Assembly (NCBI GenBank): GCA_035506195.1 | Contig: DATJPV010000036.1 | Span: 16,100 to 80,099, forward strand | Source: Patescibacteria group bacterium | GTDB lineage: Bacteria > Omnitrophota > Gorgyraeia > Gygaellales > Profunditerraquicolaceae | Length of the DNA: 64,000 nt | Direction of reading: 5' to 3' | Shown: piece by piece, positions 9,475 through 18,758 of the stretch | Layout of the letters: every line of letters starts with the position of its first letter | Numbering within the stretch: the first letter of the stretch is position 1 | Notes under the pieces: model-generated | The model's database searches: none | What the model was told of the DNA's origin: nothing | The model's input: only the letters and a program-made list of their open reading frames with translations | Made by a program: the position numbers and the translations under genes

Positions 9475-10119
9475 ATGGAAAAAGATAACTCGCAATTAGA
9501 ACTTTTTTCGCAGGTCAAAGGCGGCGGTTCTTTCAACAACTCGGCTCCCGCATCTTTCCTGAGTTATATCCGTGCCTACGAAAAAACGCTGCTGGTAATT
9601 ATCGGGTTCATCATTACCGGCGTTGTGGCGTTTTCTTTCGGCGTCGAAAAGGGCAGGAACTCGCAGACCGCGCCGACAGGCCAGTTGCTCGCGCTTCGGC
9701 CGGTGTCGCGTCAAACGCAGGCGCATCAGGTGGTGATGTCTCGGCAGGTACCGTACCAAGCGCCCGTGCCGCAAGTAGCGACACCTCGCCAAGTACCGTA
9801 CCAAACAACCGTACCGCAAGTAGCCACGGCTCAACCAGCCGCACCTCGACAAGTGCTGCATCAAGCGCCCGTGCCGCAAGTAGCCACGAGCCAGGCAGCC
9901 GTCGGCACGTACACTATCCAGCTGGGAAGCTTTCAGTCGAAAGAATACGCGCAGCTGGAGGCAAACGCGTTACGCAAAAGGGGGCTTTCGCCCATATTGT
10001 TATCCCAGGGTTCATATACCGTGCTATGTGTGGGAAAATTTGTCAGCAAGGACGCAGCCCAGTCTTTGCTCTCTGAACTTACAAAGCAATACAGAGGTTG
10101 CTATATCAGGAGGTTATAA
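9475..10119 (+). CDS. Membrane-anchored SPOR-domain protein
   Basis: One TM helix, Pro/Gln linker, C-terminal SPOR (YTIQLGSF...VGKF...A). Confidence 0.85.
   Translation: MEKDNSQLELFSQVKGGGSFNNSAPASFLSYIRAYEKTLLVIIGFIITGVVAFSFGVEKGRNSQTAPTGQLLALRPVSRQTQAHQVVMSRQVPYQAPVPQVATPRQVPYQTTVPQVATAQPAAPRQVLHQAPVPQVATSQAAVGTYTIQLGSFQSKEYAQLEANALRKRGLSPILLSQGSYTVLCVGKFVSKDAAQSLLSELTKQYRGCYIRRL
9742..9888 (+). repeat. Three imperfect intragenic tandem repeats encoding RQVPYQAPVPQVAT-like units
   Basis: gtaccgtaccaa occurs twice and cgt(g/a)ccgcaagtagc three times, with 45-60 bp spacing. Confidence 0.85.
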
Positions 10120-10124
10120 ACGAT

Positions 10125-10412
10125 ATGTCTATTCACCCATCTTTAAACTCTTCAGATGCCGACAAGAAGCAGCGGTCAGTATTAAAACGGGCGGAACGCC
10201 TGCGTATGATGATGGATAAGAACCAATGGAAAGAAGGCGACGACGTATACGGCCTGCCGAAGATCAAGACGGTTAGAATCAAGATCAAGAAGGAAAAAGC
10301 AGCCGAAAAACCGGAAGCTGCCGCCGCCGAAGGCGCCGCTCCTGCCGCCGCAGCAGAAACAAAAGATCAGGCTGCCGCCAAGACCGCCGGAAAAGGACAG
10401 GAGAAAAAATAA
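10125..10412 (+). CDS. PVC-superphylum small basic protein
   Basis: MSIHPSL...RSVLKRAERL...W...VYGLPK pattern with a Lys/Ala tail. Confidence 0.8.
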   Translation: MSIHPSLNSSDADKKQRSVLKRAERLRMMMDKNQWKEGDDVYGLPKIKTVRIKIKKEKAAEKPEAAAAEGAAPAAAAETKDQAAAKTAGKGQEKK

Positions 10413-10414
10413 TT

Positions 10415-11209
10415 TTGATGTCCTTATTGCCTCGAATATCTCTTGCAGTGCTGGCCGTATCCCTGGGGATATGCGCCCATTACGGGGCGCTGTCCGCCCA
10501 AGAAACCAAGTTTCAATACGAAGTCAACACGGACGGCATCAATATCCGTTGCGACTCTACCGTTACTTCTGCGGTAGTGTGTAACCTCAAAAGAGGGGAA
10601 ACACTCGATGTGGTTTCCGAGGCTTACGGCTGGTATAAGGTACGCCTGCCGGCCCATGCCCCGGCCTTTATCCACAAAAGCATGGTTACCCTTGCGGCGG
10701 ATAATCAGTCCGCGACGGTCGTTAAAGACAACGTCAATATCCGCCTGGGGCCGGTCGCATCCTCGGCCGTCCTGGGTAAGGTCCACAGAGACAAGACGGT
10801 GGTCATTACCGCAGATCAGGGCGACTGGTATGGTATACAACCTCCGTCCACTGCGTACGGTTGGGTCAATAAAAAATTCGTCAGCAAGACGATCAAATTC
10901 GCTGCGCCTCCTGCCGCATCTGCCGTGCCTTCCGTAGCTGCCGTGCCGCCGCAAGCTCAAGCCCCCTCTACCGCGCAACCGGAGACCCTTCAGCAGGAGG
11001 GGGTCATCAAGCCATACGGATTCTTTTTCAAAGGGCCGTTTACGCACAAGTTGCTGACCGCCGATAACCGCGTTTTCCTGCTGAAGGCAGACGCTAAGGT
11101 CCTTGATTCCCTGAATAACCGCAAAGTAAAACTCACGGGCGTTATTGTCCGTTCGGAAAAGCAAAAATATCCGGTTTTAGAGATCCGCGGAATAGAGGAG
11201 CTTCAGTGA
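10415..11209 (+). CDS. Secreted protein with two bacterial SH3 domains
   Basis: Signal peptide; INIRC...GWYKV and VNIRLGP...DWYGI...GWV. Confidence 0.8.
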   Translation: MMSLLPRISLAVLAVSLGICAHYGALSAQETKFQYEVNTDGINIRCDSTVTSAVVCNLKRGETLDVVSEAYGWYKVRLPAHAPAFIHKSMVTLAADNQSATVVKDNVNIRLGPVASSAVLGKVHRDKTVVITADQGDWYGIQPPSTAYGWVNKKFVSKTIKFAAPPAASAVPSVAAVPPQAQAPSTAQPETLQQEGVIKPYGFFFKGPFTHKLLTADNRVFLLKADAKVLDSLNNRKVKLTGVIVRSEKQKYPVLEIRGIEELQ

Positions 11210-11829
11210 GCATTGACATAGTCAGCCTCCTCATATCGTTTGGGCTGTTGCTGGTGGCCATGAGCGTGCATGAATGCGCTCACGGATGGGTGGCGTACAA
11301 GTTAGGAGATACGACTGCCAAGAATTCAGGCAGGCTTACCCTGAACCCCCTGGCGCACATCGACCCTGTCGGGACGGTTATCCTGCCGCTTATACTTTTC
11401 ATCACCACCCGGGGCCAGTTCGTGTTTGGAGCGGCAAAACCCGTCCCCATTAACTACATGGCTTTAAAGAACCCCAAGCGGGATATCATCTGGATTGGCT
11501 TAAGCGGCCCTTTGGCCAACCTGCTTTTTGCATTGGTCTTAAGCCTGCTCTGGCGCCTGGTGCCGGTGTATCCGATCACGGATTTTATCTTCGGGTACCT
11601 GATCTCGATCAATGCCATTTTAGGGGTTTTTAACCTGGTCCCTATACCTCCCCTGGATGGTTCGCGGATAGTCATGGGCGTATTGCCCGGGAAGCTGGCG
11701 TATCGCTATGCCTCCGTCGAGCCGTACGGCTTCATGATCGTTATTGTCCTTATTGCCCTAGGCATGTTCAACATTATGGTTGAGCCCATGGTCAGGTTCA
11801 TATTAAGCTGGCTGGTGCCGGCCGCATAA
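11206..11829 (+). CDS. Site-2 protease (M50 family)
   Basis: HECAH, GPLAN and NLVPIPPLDG motifs. Confidence 0.92.
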   Translation: MSIDIVSLLISFGLLLVAMSVHECAHGWVAYKLGDTTAKNSGRLTLNPLAHIDPVGTVILPLILFITTRGQFVFGAAKPVPINYMALKNPKRDIIWIGLSGPLANLLFALVLSLLWRLVPVYPITDFIFGYLISINAILGVFNLVPIPPLDGSRIVMGVLPGKLAYRYASVEPYGFMIVIVLIALGMFNIMVEPMVRFILSWLVPAA

Positions 11830-11845
11830 CAGTTTCTTTTACCGC

Positions 11846-12931
11846 ATGAAAATCGTAAAAGTCGATTTAAAAGACAGATCGTACCAGGTCCTTATCGGCA
11901 GCCATGTCCTTGATCGCGCAGGCGCGCATATCCGCCGTCTGGGAGCGGGCAAGGATGCCTACGTGATTACGAATGCCCTTGTCTATAAGGCATATGGACG
12001 CCTTCTGCATAAGGCTCTCGTTTGCGAGGGGCTATCAGCAAAGTTCAAGTGCATCCCGGATACCGAAAAAAGCAAATCCTTGAAACTGGCTACTGCCTTG
12101 CTTGAAGATATCGCCCGCTACGATAAGAAGCGCCAGTTGTGTATCGTTGCATTTGGCGGCGGAGTGGTCGGTGACGTGGCGGGTTTCGTAGCTTCGATTT
12201 ACAAGCGCGGGGTCCCTTATGTGCAGGCCCCCACGACGCTCCTGGCGCAGGTCGATTCCGCCATCGGCGGAAAAACCGCAGTCGACCTTGCCTGCGGCAA
12301 GAATCTGGTAGGCGCGTTCTATCAGCCTCGCCTCGTCATCTGCGATGTCGCGCTCCTGGAAAGCCTGCCGGCGGTGCAGCTGGCAAGCGGAATGGCGGAG
12401 GTAATCAAGTATGCGGCCATTAAAGACAAAGGGTTGTTCGGCTATTTGGAAAAGAACCTCAGCCGCATTCTGGACCGCGATCCCGGTGCCTTGGCGCACG
12501 TCGTAACCCGCTGCGCCCTGATCAAGGCGCGTATTGTTTCCGTAGACGAAAGGGAGGAGAAAGGGCTGCGTACGATCTTGAATTTCGGGCACACTATCGG
12601 CCATGCCATCGAGACGGCCGGAGGCTATGCAGGCCACAACCACGGCCAGGCAGTGGCGCTGGGGATGCTTGTCGCCTGCGCGATCAGCCGGCAGTTGCGC
12701 CTGCTTGACGGATCCGCAGCGCGCAGGGTCGAAAGCCTTATCCGCAAGGCTGGGCTACCCGTTGGTATAGGTAAGATCCCCCTGGCCGGCATCATCAACG
12801 CGCATTATCATGACAAAAAATTTACGGGAGCCCGCAACAGGTTCGTGCTACTGAAAGCTATCGGGGCTGCCGTGGTCCGCCGGGACATTCCTCTGGGATT
12901 GATACGTCAGGCAGTTAAAGGCAGGTTGTAA
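11846..12931 (+). CDS. aroB: 3-dehydroquinate synthase
   Basis: GGGVVGD, PTTLLAQVDSAIGGKT and LNFGHTIGHAIE. Confidence 0.95.
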   Translation: MKIVKVDLKDRSYQVLIGSHVLDRAGAHIRRLGAGKDAYVITNALVYKAYGRLLHKALVCEGLSAKFKCIPDTEKSKSLKLATALLEDIARYDKKRQLCIVAFGGGVVGDVAGFVASIYKRGVPYVQAPTTLLAQVDSAIGGKTAVDLACGKNLVGAFYQPRLVICDVALLESLPAVQLASGMAEVIKYAAIKDKGLFGYLEKNLSRILDRDPGALAHVVTRCALIKARIVSVDEREEKGLRTILNFGHTIGHAIETAGGYAGHNHGQAVALGMLVACAISRQLRLLDGSAARRVESLIRKAGLPVGIGKIPLAGIINAHYHDKKFTGARNRFVLLKAIGAAVVRRDIPLGLIRQAVKGRL

Positions 12932-12934
12932 CGG

Positions 12935-13399
12935 CTATTTCTTGAGCGTAAGCTTGAGGGGTTTTCCTTCCACTTCTAATTCCACTCCATCTTTTACCAC
13001 CGCAGTTACCTTTGCATTCTCGATCGTGTCGCCTTCTTTTACTATTTGATTATTGATCAAGGCGTAACCGTCCTGGTCGGAAAAGAAGACCCCGTTAAGG
13101 ACCAGGTTTGGCCTGGCGGCAGATGGCGCAGTCGCAGGCGCGGCCACAACCGCGGCTGCGGGCGCGGCTACAGCCGCGGGGGCCCGGTTATGCGCCGCGG
13201 CGGCAATGGCCGCGGTCTTCGGCGGCTTCAACCTTGCCAGGGCCTTGACGGAGAGCGTCGAGATCAGGCCGGCCAGAAAGAATCCGCATAGCGCCACGGA
13301 CGCAAACAGCATGTAGAGCCATATTTTGCGCCCGGCAGTTACGTGAGGGGGCACAACTTTTTTTTCGACCTTTCGCAAGGCGTCGTATATAATGCTCAT
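12935..13399 (-). CDS. GspB/ExeB-like membrane protein
   Basis: MSIIYDALRK N-terminus, TM helix, LVLNGV...ALIN...EGD C-terminal domain; coupled to the ExeA-like gene. Confidence 0.75.
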   Translation of the reverse strand: MSIIYDALRKVEKKVVPPHVTAGRKIWLYMLFASVALCGFFLAGLISTLSVKALARLKPPKTAAIAAAAHNRAPAAVAAPAAAVVAAPATAPSAARPNLVLNGVFFSDQDGYALINNQIVKEGDTIENAKVTAVVKDGVELEVEGKPLKLTLKK

Positions 13400-14196
13400 T
13401 GCAGCTCCTGGAGGGATTTCTTGACCAGCGCCTGGTCGATGGTGTTGGTTTCCGCATTGAAGCCGGCCAAAAGCGCCCGGTCGCAGATAATATTGATCAT
13501 ACGGGGGATGCCGGCCGAAGAATCCGAGATTAGGGTGATCGCCTCATCGGTGAAATGCACCCTGCCGTTGGCTCCCGCGGTCTTGAGCCGGTGCATGATG
13601 TATTCCTGGATCTCTTCCCGCGCAAGCTGTGTCACGTGGTACTTTACCGCGATCCTCTGCCGCAGCTGCCGCAAGCTGGGCAGCTCCAGTTTCGCGTTGA
13701 GTTCCGGCTGGCCTACCAGTATGATCTGGATCAGTTTGTCTTTTTCCGTCTCCAGGTTCGACAGGAGGCGGACCTGTTCCAGTTGGGCGGCTTCCAGGTT
13801 CTGCGCCTCATCGATGATCAAGACGACGTTATTACCGAATGCCGAGCGCCGGATCAAAAAACGGTTCAATTCCCAGATAAAAGAGAACCTGCTTTTTTGT
13901 TTTGGCCGGATCCCGAAGTCCCGGACGATGGCCTCCAGTAATTCGATGTCGGAAAAGTTAGGGTTCAGGATAAAAGCGGTCCTGACGTCATCCTGCAGAT
14001 GCTTCAGGAAGAACCGGCAGAGCGTAGTCTTGCCCGTGCCGATCTCTCCGGTAATAACGATGATTCCTTTTCTTTCTTTGACCCCGTATACCAGGTGCGA
14101 AAGGGCTTCTTGGTGCCTGCGGCTGAGGAAAAAGAAGGAAGGGTCGGCGGTGATACTGAACGGTCTTTCTTTTAATCCGTAAAACTGGCAATACAT
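13396..14196 (-). CDS. ExeA/GspA-family AAA ATPase
   Basis: MY..FYGLKERPFSITADP, GEIGTGKTT, IIDEAQNL, LVGQPEL and GIPRMIN. Confidence 0.9.
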   Translation of the reverse strand: MYCQFYGLKERPFSITADPSFFFLSRRHQEALSHLVYGVKERKGIIVITGEIGTGKTTLCRFFLKHLQDDVRTAFILNPNFSDIELLEAIVRDFGIRPKQKSRFSFIWELNRFLIRRSAFGNNVVLIIDEAQNLEAAQLEQVRLLSNLETEKDKLIQIILVGQPELNAKLELPSLRQLRQRIAVKYHVTQLAREEIQEYIMHRLKTAGANGRVHFTDEAITLISDSSAGIPRMINIICDRALLAGFNAETNTIDQALVKKSLQELQ

Positions 14197-14237
14197 GGCA
14201 TTTTTATTATAGCAAAAAAGGTTATTTTGTAAAGTAT

Positions 14238-14266
14238 TTGACATCCAGGTCAATATATGTTATAGT
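14238..14266 (+). promoter_or_regulatory. Sigma70 promoter for the PilZ-led operon
   Basis: TTGACA-17bp-TATAGT with extended TG. Confidence 0.7.
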
Positions 14267-14328
14267 TTGCAAGCAAGAGGTAAATGCCACGGTGCCTCAT
14301 GATCAAAGAGGCCGGAATGGTGTTTATA

Positions 14329-14661
14329 ATGGACGAAAAGCGGCGCTTCCCGCGAGTCAGGCTGCAGTCGCCCCTGCGCTACCAGATCCTGGGCAGGCCT
14401 GAAGCCAGAAGTGCAGTCACTAGCAATATCAGCCTCGGTGGCGTTGGTTTCACGGACTCTAGCTTTATCCCCCCATTAAGCACCCTGCAATTAGAGATAG
14501 GTTTCTTATCCTGTATGGTGTCTGCCCGTGGCAGGGTAGCCTGGGCCGCACCCTTACCGCACTCCGACCGCTACCGGCTGGGGATCGAATTTACGGGATT
14601 GGCCGAAAAAGATAAAGAGTGCCTTGCGGATTACATCGGCTTACAGATGGCAGAGGCCTAA
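14329..14661 (+). CDS. PilZ-domain protein
   Basis: RRFPR and NISLGG c-di-GMP-binding motifs. Confidence 0.85.
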   Translation: MDEKRRFPRVRLQSPLRYQILGRPEARSAVTSNISLGGVGFTDSSFIPPLSTLQLEIGFLSCMVSARGRVAWAAPLPHSDRYRLGIEFTGLAEKDKECLADYIGLQMAEA

Positions 14662-14682
14662 AGTTAAAGAAAGGAAAAGATA

Positions 14683-14862
14683 ATGGTACCGGAAGCAACT
14701 CAAGCACCAGCGCAGGCGCCGGCAGAAAAACAGACCAATTGCCCGGCCTGCAATAAGCCGCTCAAAAGGATCAAACGGTATTATCGCAACGGGAAATTCT
14801 ACTGCACCAAGAAGTGCTGGAAACAGGCGCTCAAGCCCAAAGCGGAAGAGGCCCAGAAATGA
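14683..14862 (+). CDS. 59-aa small Cys4 (zinc-finger-like) protein, absent from the ORF track
   Basis: AAGGA RBS; MVPEATQ...CPACNKPLKRIKRYYRNGKFYCTKKCW...; stop overlaps the next ATG (ATGA). Confidence 0.75.
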   Translation: MVPEATQAPAQAPAEKQTNCPACNKPLKRIKRYYRNGKFYCTKKCWKQALKPKAEEAQK

Positions 14863-15215
14863 AAAAGCACCCCAAGATCGAACGCAGGCTGCACCCCCGC
14901 GTTGAAAAAACATTGCCGTTGAATATCGTCGCCAACGGCTATGACCTGGAAACTACCACCAAAAACGTCTCTTGCGTGGGCGCGTATTGCCATATCAATA
15001 AGTACATTCCCCCTTTTACCAAGATCGCAGTACGGCTTATCTTGCCTATCACCCGCGGCCTGACCCGCAAGACCTATGATGTTGAGTGCAGGGGCGTGGT
15101 GGTAAGGACCGAAGATCAGACCGACGGCGGTTTTAACGTCGCCATATTCTTTAACGGCATCAAGGACGCCCAGCGTCAAAGAATATCCCAGTATATACAT
15201 CAGTTCTTGCCGTAG
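14859..15215 (+). CDS. PilZ-domain protein
   Basis: ERRLHPR and NVSCVG motifs. Confidence 0.8.
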   Translation: MKKHPKIERRLHPRVEKTLPLNIVANGYDLETTTKNVSCVGAYCHINKYIPPFTKIAVRLILPITRGLTRKTYDVECRGVVVRTEDQTDGGFNVAIFFNGIKDAQRQRISQYIHQFLP

Positions 15216-15229
15216 TCTTCCGCGCCTAG

Positions 15230-15763
15230 ATGGGAAAAATAGTACAGCGCCTACCGGTTAAACTCTTTACAGGCTTGATCTTCCAGGACAGCGCAATCTT
15301 CGAACAGGCCAAGGCTGTTTTAGCCAGGCATTTTGGCAGGATCGACCTTCAAAGCAGTATACTCCCCTTTATACACACCGACTATTACGAAAAAGAATTC
15401 GGTACCGGCCTTAAGAGGGCGTTTGTAAGTTTCGCCCGCCTTATCCCCGCCGAGGAGCTTAGCCGCATCAAGGTTAAAACCAACCAGATCGAACGCAAGT
15501 TCTGCCGCGCCGAGTCGCGCCGCATCAATATCGACCCCGGCTACCTGGACCTGGGCAAGCTTGTCCTTGCTTCTACCAAAGATCACGGGCACCGCATATA
15601 TCTTGGCCGCGGCATCTATGCGGAGGTAACCCTTTTTTTTCAGGATAAGACATTTCAGCCCTGGCCATGGACGTATCCGGACTATAAGACCGCCGGCTAC
15701 ATCGCCGTCTTAAACCAGATGCGCGCCTGCTATGCCGGTCAGATCAAAACGCGGAGCCGCTGA
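15230..15763 (+). CDS. DUF4416-family protein
   Basis: TDYYEKEFG, RRINIDPGY, LASTK and WTYPDY motifs. Confidence 0.8.
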   Translation: MGKIVQRLPVKLFTGLIFQDSAIFEQAKAVLARHFGRIDLQSSILPFIHTDYYEKEFGTGLKRAFVSFARLIPAEELSRIKVKTNQIERKFCRAESRRINIDPGYLDLGKLVLASTKDHGHRIYLGRGIYAEVTLFFQDKTFQPWPWTYPDYKTAGYIAVLNQMRACYAGQIKTRSR

Positions 15764-15769
15764 CCCCTT

Positions 15770-16738
15770 ATGTATCCTTCTTATCTGGATGCCCATCGGG
15801 ACGGGAGCTTAGCTAAAGTTGCCGAAGAGGCGCACAGGATACTGAAATCGTGCGCGCTTTGCCCCCGGCGCTGCGGGGTAAACCGCCTCAACAACGAGGT
15901 TGGTTTCTGCAAGACCGGCTCCAAGGCCAGGGTGTATAACTGTATCAGCCACCATGGCGAAGAGCCTCCCATATCGGGCACGCGCGGGTCAGGCGCTATA
16001 TTTTTTTCCGGCTGCACCATGGGCTGCGTGTACTGTCAGAATTACGAGTTCAGCCAGTTCGAGCGGGGAACAGAGATGACGGACCAAGAGCTTGCGGACA
16101 GCATGATCTGCCTGCAGGAAGCCGGCTGCCATAATATCAATTTGGTCACTCCTACGCACCTGCTCCCGCAGATCCTTGCGGCACTCTGCCTTGCTATACC
16201 CAAGGGGCTCAATATCCCCCTAGTATATAATACCTCCGGGTATGAATTGCCGGCAATGGTCAAGATGCTGGCAGGCATAGTGGATGTGTATCTGCCTGAT
16301 ATGCGCTACGCCGACGCCGAAAGCGCGGCCCGCTATTCCGCCTGCGACGATTATCCGGCTTATAACCAGGAGGCGGTACGCCAGATGCATCTACAGGTAG
16401 GAATCCCGGTGTTTGACGAGCCCGGGATCATCCGCCGAGGCCTGATTATTCGGCACCTTGTCTTGCCCAACGCCATCTCCGGGACCGAGAAGATTGCGCA
16501 GTTCATTTCCCGGGAGCTTTCCAGCGACACATACATCAGCTTAATGAGCCAGTATTTTCCCTGTTATAAGGCGCATGAGTTTACACAGATCTGCCGGCGC
16601 CTGAGCAGCCGGGAATACCGGCAGGCCAGAGATATCCTGGAAAAGTATGATTTACATAACGGCTGGTTTCAGGACGGCAGGGGGCTTCTTAGGTTCGTCG
16701 GGACCAGGATCAAACCCGCATGCAAGGATAAGCCATGA
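15770..16738 (+). CDS. Radical SAM protein (PflX-like)
   Basis: CALCPRRC, HHGEEP, CxxxCxxC (CTMGCVYC) and IIRHLVLP. Confidence 0.88.
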   Translation: MYPSYLDAHRDGSLAKVAEEAHRILKSCALCPRRCGVNRLNNEVGFCKTGSKARVYNCISHHGEEPPISGTRGSGAIFFSGCTMGCVYCQNYEFSQFERGTEMTDQELADSMICLQEAGCHNINLVTPTHLLPQILAALCLAIPKGLNIPLVYNTSGYELPAMVKMLAGIVDVYLPDMRYADAESAARYSACDDYPAYNQEAVRQMHLQVGIPVFDEPGIIRRGLIIRHLVLPNAISGTEKIAQFISRELSSDTYISLMSQYFPCYKAHEFTQICRRLSSREYRQARDILEKYDLHNGWFQDGRGLLRFVGTRIKPACKDKP

Positions 16739-18282
16739 CGGTGCACACGCTCCCCGAGATGCTGCGGCATAGCGCCGCGAAACATCCGAAACGGATCGCG
16801 GTCGTTTTCGGGCAAAAGCGGATCAGCTATCGACAGCTCGATGAGGCGACCGAAGCGCTTGCGCGGGGCCTCGTACATGAAGGCATACGCCCGCAGGATA
16901 AAGTCGCGCTCTTCCTGGATAATTGCCCGGAATTCGTTATCGGCTATTTTGCGGTCCTTAAAGCAGCTGCGGTGGTCGTTCCGATCAATTACATGTTCAA
17001 AATAGAAGAGAGCAGGTTTATCCTTGAAGACAGCCAGGCTTCCTGCCTGATTACGGCGCGACCTTATGTCGAGATGGCCGAAGAATTGCTGGTGCGGGTG
17101 CCTACCCTGAATAAAGTTATTACGACGACTGCCGTCCGGCACGATATCCCTGATTTCGAGCGGATCAGGCAGGAAGGCTCGGCTGCGGTGCGCTGGCCGT
17201 CGGTACATCCGCAGGAATTGGCGGTGATCCTGTATACCTCCGGCACTACGGGCCATCCTAAAGGGGCGATGCTGTCACACTACAACCTTATCTCCAACGC
17301 CCGCGACGCTTCCACGGCTATCCGCGTAAACCACCGGGATACCTTTATTTGTTTTCTGCCGTTGTTCCATTCTTTCGCTGCGACCGTCTGCATGAACCTG
17401 CCCTTTTTCATCGGCGCGCGCACGGTGGTGATGAAATCGGTCAGGCCCTTTAAGCGCCTCATCCGCAGCGTGCGCAGGAACAAGGTCACCATTTTTGTCG
17501 GTATCCCTTCGGTGTACACTATCCTGAAGGATACCAAGCTTCCCGGCTTCTTGCGGACCCCCCTGATCAAGCTGTTCAATCCGGTGCGGGTCTGCGTTTC
17601 CGGAGCTGCGGCCCTGCCTTCGGAGACGTTCCGCGGTTTCGAAAAAAAATTCCGTGTTCCTCTTATCGAAGGCTACGGCTTGACCGAGGCATCTCCCGTG
17701 GTCACGATCAACCCGGTACGCGGCCCCCGAAAACCCGGATCGATAGGCTTGAGCCTTTCCCGGTCCATCGAGGCGAAGGTAGTGGATGAGAAAGGCGGGG
17801 CATTGGGTCCGGAAGACATCGGAGAGCTCATCGTGCGCGGGCCTAACGTTATGAAAGGCTACTATCGCCATAGCGAGGCGACCGCAGAGACCGTCAAGGA
17901 GGGTTGGCTGTATACGGGGGATATGGCCAAGTTCGACCGGGACGGGTTCTTTTACATCGTGGGCAGGAAGAAAGAAATGATCAACGTGCGGGGCTTAAAT
18001 GTCTATCCGCGCGAAATAGAAGAAGTACTGTATCAGAATCAGAAGATAAAGGAGGCGGCGGTTATCGGCCTGCCGGACCCGCATAAAGGAGAGGTCCCCA
18101 AAGGGTTTGTGGTCCTTAAAGCCGAAGAAGCTGCATCCGAACAGGAGATCATCCATTATCTGCGCGAGCGGCTTGCCCCCTACAAGATACCCAGATATAT
18201 AGAATTCAGAAGTTCCCTTCCGAAAAACGCCGCCGGCAAGATCCTTAAGCGCCTACTCCTGGAAGAAGAGGCGCGGCGATGA
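16735..18282 (+). CDS. Long-chain fatty acid-CoA ligase
   Basis: YTSGTTGHPKG, EGYGLTE, TGD and GKILKR motifs. Confidence 0.9.
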   Translation: MTVHTLPEMLRHSAAKHPKRIAVVFGQKRISYRQLDEATEALARGLVHEGIRPQDKVALFLDNCPEFVIGYFAVLKAAAVVVPINYMFKIEESRFILEDSQASCLITARPYVEMAEELLVRVPTLNKVITTTAVRHDIPDFERIRQEGSAAVRWPSVHPQELAVILYTSGTTGHPKGAMLSHYNLISNARDASTAIRVNHRDTFICFLPLFHSFAATVCMNLPFFIGARTVVMKSVRPFKRLIRSVRRNKVTIFVGIPSVYTILKDTKLPGFLRTPLIKLFNPVRVCVSGAAALPSETFRGFEKKFRVPLIEGYGLTEASPVVTINPVRGPRKPGSIGLSLSRSIEAKVVDEKGGALGPEDIGELIVRGPNVMKGYYRHSEATAETVKEGWLYTGDMAKFDRDGFFYIVGRKKEMINVRGLNVYPREIEEVLYQNQKIKEAAVIGLPDPHKGEVPKGFVVLKAEEAASEQEIIHYLRERLAPYKIPRYIEFRSSLPKNAAGKILKRLLLEEEARR

Positions 18283-18758
18283 AGAAATTCCTGATAAAGG
18301 TGCGGCAAGAGTTCCTTAGTCTCTTTACGCTCAATGATTCGCCGCACCGGATAGCCTTGGGCGCCGGCATAGGCGTATTCCTGGGCATCCTTCCGGGGAC
18401 AGGGCCTCTGGCGGCATTGTGTGTGGCGCTCTTTGTGCCGGTGAACCGCGCCGCCTTGCTGGCAGGGGTATTTCTTACGAATACCTGGCTGACCGTGGCC
18501 ACTTTTTTCTTGTCAATCAAGGTAGGTTCGGCTATAATGAGCCTCAATTGGCAGGATGTCGCCAACAACTGGGTCGTATTCCTGCGGGATTTTCGGCTGG
18601 CGGACCTGCTTAAGATCTCCTGCCTGAAGATAGTTCTTCCGTTGGCGTTGGGTTTTTTGCTGGTAGGTTTAACGGCGGGATTTTTGGTGTACGTGCTGAT
18701 CTTGGCGGCTTTTTGGATGCGCAGTATGAGGCCGCGGGAAAAAAGGGAGCGTGCCTAA
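18279..18758 (+). CDS. DUF2062-family membrane protein
   Basis: DSPHRIALGAGIGVFLGILP; hydrophobic profile. Confidence 0.75.
   Translation: MKKFLIKVRQEFLSLFTLNDSPHRIALGAGIGVFLGILPGTGPLAALCVALFVPVNRAALLAGVFLTNTWLTVATFFLSIKVGSAIMSLNWQDVANNWVVFLRDFRLADLLKISCLKIVLPLALGFLLVGLTAGFLVYVLILAAFWMRSMRPREKRERA

Noticed and set aside
9742-9888. Repeats as a possible CRISPR array
   Set aside because: In-frame, degenerate coding repeats with no unique spacers and no cas genes
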